Source: a virus (lineage: Duplodnaviria > Caudoviricetes). From it: DNA of 28,335 nucleotides. The notes under the pieces are model-generated. The model was not told where the DNA came from, searched no databases, and was given only the letters and a program-made list of their open reading frames with translations. Of the stretch, positions 8,670 through 15,504 are shown one piece after another. The position numbers and the translations under genes were made by a program. Position 1 is the first letter of the stretch, and each line of letters begins with the position of its first letter. The DNA lies in the IMG/VR virus record IMGVR_UViG_3300014656_006070, positions 1 through 28,335 of that record; one strand, written 5' to 3'.

Positions 8670-8869
8670 TGTGCCCCGGGTGCAAACATAAAAACTTTAA
8701 AAAATCGGCGGAGACTCCAAGACCATACATCGTTTATAAAACGGACCGGTTCCCCAACTTTGTACGCCGATATAAAATCTGTTTGATGTGTGGTAAGAAA
8801 TATATAACAGTAGAAAAATTTGAGCGTGAGGTTGAAGATCAAAGTAGTGTTCAGGGGAAATTGTTTTGA
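8669..8869 (+). CDS. Small zinc-ribbon protein (NrdR N-terminal / Ogr-Delta-like)
   Basis: MCPGC...VRRYKICLMCGKKYITVE resembles the CPxC...RRRxCxxCxxxFxTxE pattern; no ATP cone; ends QGKLF. Confidence 0.75.
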   Translation: MCPGCKHKNFKKSAETPRPYIVYKTDRFPNFVRRYKICLMCGKKYITVEKFEREVEDQSSVQGKLF

Positions 8870-8873
8870 GAGA

Positions 8874-8950
8874 GTTAATAGTCAATAGTCAATCGTGAAT
8901 CGTGAATCGTGAATCGTGAATCGTCAATTGTGAATAGTGAACAGGAAAAG
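8874..8950 (+). repeat. Heptamer array, family A: GTTAATA GTCAATA GTCAATC (GTGAATC)4 GTCAATT GTGAATA GTGAACA GGAAAAG
   Basis: 10 in-phase units running into GGAAAAGAAAATG. Confidence 0.95.
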
Positions 8951-8953
8951 AAA

Positions 8954-9319
8954 ATGCCATGTGATTATAACGAGTACCCGGATAGTTGGTTTACGGAAAT
9001 AAGACCCCGGATTTTGTTACGGGCTGATAACAAGTGTGAGGAGTGCGGGGTTGAAAATGCTGCATACGGTTACCGGGATAAAGGGGGCAAGTTCCATGCA
9101 TTGATTAAGAACGAAAACAATTTTGAATTTATGAAGCGTGCCGGTTACAAGGGAATTACAATAGTGTTAACAATAAGCCATACAGACCACAACAAAGAAC
9201 ATAATGGCGATGATAATTTGCGGGCTCTCTGCCAGAAATGCCATTTAGAGCATGATAAGAATGAACATGCTTTGAATAGGAAGTATGGGAAGAGGGAGAA
9301 TCAAATGAGCATGTTCTAA
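8954..9319 (+). CDS. HNH-like endonuclease domain protein
   Basis: RADNKCEECG...VLTISHTDHNKEHNGDDNLRALCQKCHLEHD; start moved to ATG 8954 because the 8909 extension is repeat-derived; ends QMSMF. Confidence 0.85.
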   Translation: MPCDYNEYPDSWFTEIRPRILLRADNKCEECGVENAAYGYRDKGGKFHALIKNENNFEFMKRAGYKGITIVLTISHTDHNKEHNGDDNLRALCQKCHLEHDKNEHALNRKYGKRENQMSMF

Positions 9320-9320
9320 A

Positions 9321-9376
9321 GTCAATAGTCAATTGTGAATAGTGAATAGTGAATAGTGAATAGTGAATAGGAAAAC
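9321..9376 (+). repeat. Heptamer array, family A: GTCAATA GTCAATT (GTGAATA)5 GGAAAAC
   Basis: Read directly; runs into GGAAAACAAAATG. Confidence 0.95.
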
Positions 9377-9379
9377 AAA

Positions 9380-9604
9380 ATGAATTTTTCAATGAGTATA
9401 AAAACAACTGATAAAAATTGCCTGGTATCTATTACGTCCGGCGGGATTACTGAAATACAGTTACAGGTATTGAACAGAAGTAATCAGTTCCCTTTAAGAG
9501 GGTTGGTTACTTGCGTTGTGGAACTTACTTATAAAAGGATTAGGGCGGGTAACTGGAGGAAGAGATTTAAGGAAGCGGTGGTGAATGTTATAGTAAATCT
9601 TTGA
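9380..9604 (+). CDS. Hypothetical protein
   Basis: 74-aa ORF between two heptamer arrays, ATG start with AGGA upstream. Confidence 0.55.
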   Translation: MNFSMSIKTTDKNCLVSITSGGITEIQLQVLNRSNQFPLRGLVTCVVELTYKRIRAGNWRKRFKEAVVNVIVNL

Positions 9605-9606
9605 TA

Positions 9607-9664
9607 AGTGAAAAGTGAGACGGAAAAACAGAATGCAGAATATAGGAGTTAGAAGATAGAATGA
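9607..9664 (+). repeat. Degenerate heptamer array: AGTGAAA AGTGAGA ... AGAATGC AGAATAT AGGAGTT AGAAGAT AGAATGA
   Basis: AG every 7 nt in two blocks; includes the AGGAG RBS and the ATG of the next gene. Confidence 0.7.
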
Positions 9665-10005
9665 AGAGCAAACAGAGAAAAAGAATATCGAAAAAAGATC
9701 CTTACAGAAAACGAATAATACTCGACGTGGAATTGGGTGAAACATTCTACTTGATATTGAATACTGTTGATCTGCTTACTGTAATACCTAACGATACTGT
9801 TATTAAAGCCGGTCTCATGAATCTACTCAAAAAAATTTGGATGAAGAGTTTTAGCGCGGAGGTAAGGAAACACATTCTAACCGATGTGACTACAGTCCCG
9901 GTGCAAGGGGCTACAATAAAGATGTTGGAAAATTTAAGAAATCTTAATGATTGGAAAATTAAAAAAGTGGTGAAGTGTGCCAACACAGATAACACCAAAG
10001 GTTGA
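9661..10005 (+). CDS. Hypothetical protein
   Basis: 114 aa, AGGAG RBS. Confidence 0.6.
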   Translation: MKSKQRKRISKKDPYRKRIILDVELGETFYLILNTVDLLTVIPNDTVIKAGLMNLLKKIWMKSFSAEVRKHILTDVTTVPVQGATIKMLENLRNLNDWKIKKVVKCANTDNTKG

Positions 10006-10165
10006 TGTGAATTACGAGGTGAAAATTATCGACAGCAGCTCTAAGTATTGCTCAAAGGTTGTAACTGTTCGTTGGGGCGGGTTGATGTTTCACTCGCTTA
10101 AGAAGGAAGGGAATACTTTGTATTTGGGGCAGGTAGAAATAATAAGAGAAGTAGCTAGTAGCTAG
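9977..10165 (+). CDS. Hypothetical protein
   Basis: 62-aa ORF with GTG start; stop codon lies inside a heptamer array. Confidence 0.5.
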   Translation: MPTQITPKVDVNYEVKIIDSSSKYCSKVVTVRWGGLMFHSLKKEGNTLYLGQVEIIREVASS

Positions 10166-10205
10166 TAGTTAGATGTTAGACAAAAGATTTTAGATAAAAG
10201 ATTGA
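10150..10205 (+). repeat. Heptamer array, family B: (AGTAGCT)2 AGTAGTT AGATGTT AGACAAA AGATTTT AGATAAA AGATTGA
   Basis: 8 in-phase units; supplies the upstream TAG and leads into a GAGGG RBS. Confidence 0.9.
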
Positions 10206-10213
10206 GGGAAAAA

Positions 10214-10552
10214 ATGAAAGAGATATACAAAGAATTGAGTAAAAAGAAAAAAAGAAAAATACTAATACGCCTATTAATTGGGCTTCTCTGTTCTGTTTTT
10301 GTTTACCAGGAAGCGGGTATAATTACGGCTATATCGATCTTGCTGGTTGACATTTCATTTGAATTAGTTTCAATCCAATTCGGGTTACTCAACAAATATA
10401 TGAAGTTAACCAACACCGGACTATCCGAAACCGTGGATATTGTCGACGGGCTGTTCACAGCCGTTCAGTTACTAAAAATTACCAAACAAGACAAAATAAT
10501 GGATAAAAGTCTGTTGGAAGAAGTTGGAAAATTGACAGGGAGTAAAATATAA
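10214..10552 (+). CDS. Hypothetical membrane protein (about 2 TM segments)
   Basis: Basic N-terminus, then ILIRLLIGLLCSVFVY and AGIITAISILLV; ATG 10214 after GAGGG. Confidence 0.65.
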   Translation: MKEIYKELSKKKKRKILIRLLIGLLCSVFVYQEAGIITAISILLVDISFELVSIQFGLLNKYMKLTNTGLSETVDIVDGLFTAVQLLKITKQDKIMDKSLLEEVGKLTGSKI

Positions 10553-11112
10553 TGAATTGGAAAATTGGGTTGGATGAAACGAATATTAAGTGGGCTTTTG
10601 TTTTGTTGAAGCTGCTTTTAGTCCTGTTAATATCGGCGTTGGTTTTGCTTTCTACCAGTTGTGTTAATGAGCCGGAACCGTTGTCGGAATCTGCCAGCGA
10701 CCAATACAAACAGAATTTATACGGGTATGAATTTAAGCTGACTCTTATTGAAGAGGGGAGCTTTACACATGGCGGGTATGGCGTTAGGTTGGCGGAGGTG
10801 GATGTACAAAAGCGGTTGTCTGTTGACATTGCTCAAATCTGGACTTTTAATATGCATGGAACGGTTACACCACATTACGCCCCCGAGATTTATAAAACGA
10901 TTGAACTTTGCGGTGTGTCTGGCAGTCATAGAACAGATTCGTTGTACATGAAGCTTGATTATAACGGGAGAAACTTACGCGGGCCTGTTAAAATGTATCA
11001 AAGAATGATAAACGGGTGGATGCCTATCCTGGAGGTTAACGCGATGTTTGAAAGGAGTTCGGGATTGTTGAAGAGCGGCGGGAGGGAGTGGGTTTTTAGT
11101 AGTGAGTATTGA
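10552..11112 (+). CDS. Putative lipoprotein / membrane-anchored protein
   Basis: Long hydrophobic N-terminal segment ending LLSTSC (lipobox-like); TAATG coupling. Confidence 0.65.
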   Translation: MNWKIGLDETNIKWAFVLLKLLLVLLISALVLLSTSCVNEPEPLSESASDQYKQNLYGYEFKLTLIEEGSFTHGGYGVRLAEVDVQKRLSVDIAQIWTFNMHGTVTPHYAPEIYKTIELCGVSGSHRTDSLYMKLDYNGRNLRGPVKMYQRMINGWMPILEVNAMFERSSGLLKSGGREWVFSSEY

Positions 11113-11115
11113 GAA

Positions 11116-11164
11116 GTGAGAAATCAAAAGTGAATAGTCAATTGTGAATAGTGAATAGGAAGAA
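11116..11164 (+). repeat. Heptamer array, family A: GTGAGAA ATCAAAA GTGAATA GTCAATT (GTGAATA)2 GGAAGAA
   Basis: Same AATAGTCAATTGTGAATAGTGAA core as the 9321 and 12881 arrays. Confidence 0.9.
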
Positions 11165-11169
11165 CAAAG

Positions 11170-11337
11170 ATGGAATTATGGGAGTTGAAAAAGGAAGATG
11201 TTAATTGGCGCCCCTATTGCCTGGCATGTACAACAATTTACAGAATGGAAAAAACTGATTATGGTTACAGGTGTAAGTGTTGCGGTAACCAAACACATAG
11301 GGATTTAACAGCCAGGAAAAGTTCTAATGGATCTTAA
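11170..11337 (+). CDS. 55-aa zinc-ribbon protein not in the ORF track
   Basis: Hand translation MELWELKKEDVNWRPYCLACTTIYRMEKTDYGYRCKCCGNQTHRDLTARKSSNGS; two CxxC pairs; AGGA RBS from the array; overlaps the next start. Confidence 0.7.
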   Translation: MELWELKKEDVNWRPYCLACTTIYRMEKTDYGYRCKCCGNQTHRDLTARKSSNGS

Positions 11338-12055
11338 ACGACTACAACAATATCAAAATGAATTGAAGGATCTTAGTGACTCTATTGAGTTTGGGGCTTA
11401 TTGGGATATTATAGAGGCGAAGCTGGTTAAGTTCCTGGCTCTTAATCCGGGGTTGGATCTGGACGATCTGGAGCTGAAGCGGGAAATTGAAAAGGCGTTC
11501 GCTCCTGATTATAACAAGTGGAGTAAAGAGTTATTACTTAAGAGTAACGATATAATAACAGTCGTTAATGATTTGTATCAGGATCTCGGTTTTGATATTG
11601 ACAGGGACTTTGCAAAAATTAAAGCGCTGGAAACAATTAACAGAATGAATCTTGGTGAATATGGCGACCGTACAACAAAGAGGATTAAGAAAGCCGTCCG
11701 CGAAGGATTGGCAGAGAAGCTTAACCAGGATGAATTACGCGGCAAGATTGGCAAGGTTGGCGGGCGTGTTAAAACCTATGCCGATGTAATAGCCCACACT
11801 CAAATTAAAAGTTACGGGCGGGCGTGTAAGTACGAAAAAAGCCTGTTAGCTGAAGTTACCTGGTTTGAATATGTTGGGCGGTTACGTAAAACAACCCGTC
11901 CTTTTTGCGAGAACGCTCTTAAGCAGAAAATGTACAGGCTGGAAGATATTAAGAATATGGATAACGGAAAGGGACAGCCGAAACCGGTAATTGTTTATTG
12001 CGGGGGTTGGCGGTGTTTTCATGATTGGGAACCTGATCCATTTTTTAAAGAATAG
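11327..12055 (+). CDS. Head morphogenesis / minor capsid protein (Mu gpF / SPP1 gp7-like)
   Basis: TTKRIKKAVREGLAE, YADVIAHTQI, and C-terminal FEYVG...TTRPFC...GGWRCFHDW pattern. Confidence 0.75.
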   Translation: MDLKRLQQYQNELKDLSDSIEFGAYWDIIEAKLVKFLALNPGLDLDDLELKREIEKAFAPDYNKWSKELLLKSNDIITVVNDLYQDLGFDIDRDFAKIKALETINRMNLGEYGDRTTKRIKKAVREGLAEKLNQDELRGKIGKVGGRVKTYADVIAHTQIKSYGRACKYEKSLLAEVTWFEYVGRLRKTTRPFCENALKQKMYRLEDIKNMDNGKGQPKPVIVYCGGWRCFHDWEPDPFFKE

Positions 12056-12089
12056 ATTTTAGATGCCAGATGCCAGACAATTAGATACA
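12054..12089 (+). repeat. Heptamer array, family B-like: AGATTTT (AGATGCC)2 AGACAATT AGATACA
   Basis: Begins inside the TAG stop of the gpF-like gene. Confidence 0.8.
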
Positions 12090-12116
12090 ATACTAAAAGA
12101 TGAAAAGCGAAAGACA

Positions 12117-12168
12117 GCATATAACATTCCGATAACGGGCTTGTACTGTTCATCGGTTAGTTATATGC
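12117..12168. other. Imperfect 52-nt hairpin with attC-like AAC...GTT ends
   Basis: GCATATAAC att CCGAT AAC GG gcttgta CT GTT c ATCGG tta GTTATATGC. Confidence 0.5.
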
Positions 12169-12181
12169 GGCGGCGGGAATG

Positions 12182-12223
12182 AGTAACAAGTAAAAAGGAA
12201 AAAGGAAAAAGGAAAAAGTGAGA
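12182..12223 (+). repeat. Heptamer array, family C: AGTAACA AGTAAAA (AGGAAAA)3 AGTGAGA
   Basis: 27 nt (12195-12221) identical to 3763-3789. Confidence 0.9.
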
Positions 12224-12234
12224 GGGATAGTTGA

Positions 12235-12462
12235 ATGAGTCAGGAACAGGACATATTAAATTATCTGAAGTGTGGGAATAAGCTCACTCCGCTGGAGGCT
12301 GTTCAGTTGTTTGGGTGTATGAGATTAGGGGCAAGGATCTACGATCTAAAAGAAAAGGGGTACCCGATTGATAGTCGTACTGTTAAGAAAGGTAAAAAGT
12401 ATGTTGCCGAATATGAGTATATTTCAAGTGAACAATTTAAGATGGATTTCAAATGGAAGTAA
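12235..12462 (+). CDS. Small winged-HTH protein (HTH_39-like)
   Basis: SQEQDILNYLKCGNKLTPLEAVQLFGCMRLGARIYDLKEKGYPI pattern. Confidence 0.8.
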   Translation: MSQEQDILNYLKCGNKLTPLEAVQLFGCMRLGARIYDLKEKGYPIDSRTVKKGKKYVAEYEYISSEQFKMDFKWK

Positions 12463-12698
12463 CACCCTCTCAATTACCAATCGAAGTGATTCAGGAAATT
12501 AACGGACGGCACCCCAAGTTTAATAAGAACTCCAAAATTATTGTTGTACCCCCGGGGGACTTTAAACTTATTAATCCCGACAACGGACAAATTGAAACCC
12601 TTCACCCTAAACGATTGATCTATTCAGATTATCAGGTCGACTATTCAGAAAACCTTGATACTCTCATTATAAGAAACCCGGCGGTTTGGGGACTTTGA
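12453..12698 (+). CDS. Hypothetical protein
   Basis: 81 aa, overlaps the previous stop; last gene of the plus-strand early block. Confidence 0.6.
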   Translation: MEVTPSQLPIEVIQEINGRHPKFNKNSKIIVVPPGDFKLINPDNGQIETLHPKRLIYSDYQVDYSENLDTLIIRNPAVWGL

Positions 12699-12880
12699 GG
12701 GTAAAATTTAGTAAACCCTTCCAACTCAGCACGGTCTAAACACATCCATTAGGTAATTTCCTACCGTATTTTAACAGAAATGGCGTTCTGAACGCTTTGG
12801 GAACGGCAAGTGGTATAATGTGTCGGGTAGGCGGTTTTGGAATGGTGAAGGGGCTGGGAATGAGTTTTGAAAAATCACGG

Positions 12881-12936
12881 GCGAATAGTCAATTGTGAAT
12901 AGTGAATAGTGAATAGTGAATAGTGAATAGTGAAAC
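12881..12936 (+). repeat. Heptamer array, family A: GCGAATA GTCAATT (GTGAATA)5 GTGAAAC
   Basis: Read directly; sits in the convergent intergenic region with no downstream plus-strand gene. Confidence 0.95.
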
Positions 12937-12968
12937 GAAAAGATAAAAAGATTAAAAACAGCATCCCG

Positions 12969-13018
12969 CAATTCTTCAATCCGTAAACCTTCAACCTGCA
13001 ACTTGATAACTTGCAACT
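12969..13018 (-). repeat. Heptamer array on the minus strand: AGTTGCA AGTTATCA AGTTGCA GGTTGAA GGTTTAC GGATTGA AGAATTG
   Basis: Begins inside the TAG stop of the gp37-like gene; RG every 7 nt with one 8-nt unit. Confidence 0.75.
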
Positions 13019-13427
13019 ATTCCGTTATCACATGAACAGTAATAACTACAATTGTAAATTTGTTATCCTGCATTAGTAATCTTGCTTCGGGGGGGTTTTG
13101 GTCTCTGTCAATTATAAAGTCTTTTGTGGATTCTGTAAAGGTTAGGTTTGCTTCTATGTAATCCAGTAACGCGGAGGCGTGTTGAAGGTTGGTATTTTGG
13201 GAGGTCTTTTTATCAAATGAATCGGACTTGGTGCATATCAGTATATCAAACAAATGATTTTTTATACCAAGAGGCTTCACAACTTTTTTGAACATTGGGA
13301 ATGCCGCCGGTAGTTTGCCGGTTAATTTAATGGCGTCTTTCATTTGTCCGGAATATGCCTCTACTGTTTTGAAATCGACTGTTGAGTCTGCAATATAATT
13401 TACTAATCCGGTTTGTGCCGTTAACAT
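13017..13427 (-). CDS. Mu gp37-like tail terminator / head-tail joining protein
   Basis: FKTVEAYSGQM...KLPAAF motif and position after the gp36-like gene. Confidence 0.65.
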   Translation of the reverse strand: MLTAQTGLVNYIADSTVDFKTVEAYSGQMKDAIKLTGKLPAAFPMFKKVVKPLGIKNHLFDILICTKSDSFDKKTSQNTNLQHASALLDYIEANLTFTESTKDFIIDRDQNPPEARLLMQDNKFTIVVITVHVITE

Positions 13428-13429
13428 AA

Positions 13430-13849
13430 TTACCCCTCTGTGTTATTAAACCATTCATCAAATCGGCGGGTCTTAGCCGTCATTGTAACGCTGCCAGTTG
13501 TACTATCCGGATCGAGCGCCTCCAGGGATGACTTACCATTCTTTATATTTTTAAGCCGCTCAATCGTTGCCTCGTAATCCTTCAGTATGGTTGGCTTGTG
13601 TTCAAATTCCGTGTCGCCATGCTGCCTATCGAAACCATACTTTTTAATTATGCGAAGCAAATCGAGATCCAGCCCGTTTGTAAGTTCGTCGGCGGACTCT
13701 ACAGATACATAAGTATTCAGTTCTTTATCTGCCAGTTCCATATCGGCGGTTAAAAGAGTTTCGTCCGCGTCGCCTGCTTCGTCTAAAAAATATTTATCCC
13801 ACAAGGGAAAATGTTTTTTTACGAATGTTGTAGTTAATAAAGTTGCCAT
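13430..13849 (-). CDS. Mu gp36-like (DUF1320) head-tail connector
   Basis: ADKELNTYV and DYEATIERLKNIKNGKSSL patterns; size and synteny. Confidence 0.75.
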   Translation of the reverse strand: MATLLTTTFVKKHFPLWDKYFLDEAGDADETLLTADMELADKELNTYVSVESADELTNGLDLDLLRIIKKYGFDRQHGDTEFEHKPTILKDYEATIERLKNIKNGKSSLEALDPDSTTGSVTMTAKTRRFDEWFNNTEG

Positions 13850-13860
13850 ATTGTAACCCT

Positions 13861-14307
13861 CTAGTTAAGTGCTTTTAATAATGATTCGTGGATACCTTCA
13901 AGAGCGATATCGCGGAGCTTTTCTTTTTCCTCTTCCGAGAAACCCCAAAACTTTCTAATAACTTTAGATTTACCGGCTCCCTGTATATTGTGGTAACCCG
14001 CTATTGTTTCTTTCTCGGGGTCATCAATAAGCATTTGAACGGAATGGAGCGAGTTGTTTACCTCGTGATCTACTTTGTGAAGCATTCCTTCCAGGTCATC
14101 AAATTCAAGGTTCACAATATCGGTTACAAGTCCCGCCTCTTCACGTTTCTTTTTGTATCCCTCGGAGTAAGGTTTGAATGATTTACCGTCAACGTCCAGA
14201 CCTTTACGGGTACGCTCTTTTACAATACGTATACCTCCGAGTCCGAGCCTGTTGAGGATCTTATCGTTATCGAGGGCGGATAGTATTTTTTGAAAAGTTG
14301 GATGCAT
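13861..14307 (-). CDS. Mu gpG-like virion morphogenesis / tail completion protein
   Basis: GLDVDGKSFKPYSEGYKKKR, AGYHNIQG, RKFWGFSEEE motifs; ATG at 14307. Confidence 0.75.
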   Translation of the reverse strand: MHPTFQKILSALDNDKILNRLGLGGIRIVKERTRKGLDVDGKSFKPYSEGYKKKREEAGLVTDIVNLEFDDLEGMLHKVDHEVNNSLHSVQMLIDDPEKETIAGYHNIQGAGKSKVIRKFWGFSEEEKEKLRDIALEGIHESLLKALN

Positions 14308-14315
14308 AGTAACCA

Positions 14316-14357
14316 AGTAAAAAGTTAAAAGGAAAAAGTAAAAAGGAAACAGTTAAT
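14316..14357 (+). repeat. Heptamer array, family C: AGTAAAA AGTTAAA AGGAAAA AGTAAAA AGGAAAC AGTTAAT
   Basis: 6 in-phase units between portal and gpG-like genes; antisense to local transcription. Confidence 0.85.
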
Positions 14358-15502
14358 TAGTCGAGTAAAGGTATTACTGGTTTTTGTAATGGTTTTTGAC
14401 CTTCCAGTATTGTAACGCCTACTTTGCCCCAATCGTTGGGATCAATTTGTAAGCCCTGGTTGTAGGCGCCTTCCAACGCCAGAATATGTTCGCGAACATT
14501 TATTGGTTCGCTTTTGTCAATAGAAAATTTTGGGTATTGGGTAACGCCGCCATAATTACGATCGACTAACATTTTAATAAGCTTTTGGATGTACCGTTCG
14601 ATAAATTTTATATCCTTAATGGCAATCTCTCTTTTAACTTTGTAACCCGTAAGATTTTCGCCAACCTGGAACCCGGTTGATTCAGCAACCGCGTTTTCAT
14701 GACCGAGTAAAGTAATTGAAATTGCCTTATCGCAACGGTCAACAAATCTATCCTGGTCTCCCGTGTTTCTAGTCGCCTCGTGGATTTCGAACTTTGTTCC
14801 TTCAGGAGCGGTACCCCTGGCACTTTGTCCAATGGCATTTACAGCGTCATCAACTTCCTTTTTGAAATCATCACCCGAACCGGGCGGGTAGTAACCAATT
14901 ACAAAAGCTTCGCCAAACATTTCAATGAACGACGCCCAACTTTCAACGCCGAATTCTTTTAAAATGTAATCCCTTACCACCGGCAATAAAACAGGATTGC
15001 GAAGTGTCTCGATTATAAGAGCGGCATCGGCTGGTATATCGCGGAGATCCTTGCCAAAATCCAGTTTAAGAATTTCGTCTTTTGGATCTCGACGAAAATA
15101 TTTTTGGTGTAATTTTGCCGTGTTGGTAATTACCTGTTGATTATCGATAATTTCCCAAACCAGACTAATGACGGCATAGATCTTAAACTTACCGTCGATT
15201 ATATCCTCAAAGAGTTCGTCCATGTTAAGGTTTTTGAAAACCTCGTTTACAAAATCCCGGACGGCTTGATCTTGAGCATTTTGAGAAACTTCAGTGACCC
15301 GCCAATCCCGCGAGTACCCGGCATTACGCGCCTGAAGACAACCGGAAACATGAGAGTCCAATTCCGCCTGTTCCATTAAAGCGATAAGATTTCTATAGTC
15401 ACCTTCCTTGTAAGCCTTAACTGCCTTTTTGTAAAATGCCGGTGTAAACTGAACGGGAACTGTTGTTAATTTTTTATTAACCTTAATTACTTCGATAGGC
15501 AT
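14357..15502 (-). CDS. Portal protein (Mu gp29 / DUF935-like)
   Basis: DSHVSGCLQAR, WASFIEMFG...IGYY, CDKAISITLLG motifs; follows the terminase. Confidence 0.9.
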   Translation of the reverse strand: MPIEVIKVNKKLTTVPVQFTPAFYKKAVKAYKEGDYRNLIALMEQAELDSHVSGCLQARNAGYSRDWRVTEVSQNAQDQAVRDFVNEVFKNLNMDELFEDIIDGKFKIYAVISLVWEIIDNQQVITNTAKLHQKYFRRDPKDEILKLDFGKDLRDIPADAALIIETLRNPVLLPVVRDYILKEFGVESWASFIEMFGEAFVIGYYPPGSGDDFKKEVDDAVNAIGQSARGTAPEGTKFEIHEATRNTGDQDRFVDRCDKAISITLLGHENAVAESTGFQVGENLTGYKVKREIAIKDIKFIERYIQKLIKMLVDRNYGGVTQYPKFSIDKSEPINVREHILALEGAYNQGLQIDPNDWGKVGVTILEGQKPLQKPVIPLLD

Positions 15503-15504
15503 AA

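Noticed and set aside
8669-8869. Host nrdR gene
   Set aside because: Only the Zn-ribbon is present; the ATP cone is missing and the gene is coupled inside a phage operon
9156-9407. Minus-strand 83-aa ORF
   Set aside because: Its IHYSLFT-type sequence is the translated reverse complement of the array, and it overlaps the HNH gene antisense
8874-12936. GTGAATA arrays as a CRISPR array
   Set aside because: Units are 7-nt tandem repeats with no unique spacers of regular length, and no cas genes are visible
12771-13016. Minus-strand 81-aa ORF after the gp37-like gene
   Set aside because: Largely built from two repeat arrays (HYSLFTI repeats), with a TTG start inside a repeat and no RBS
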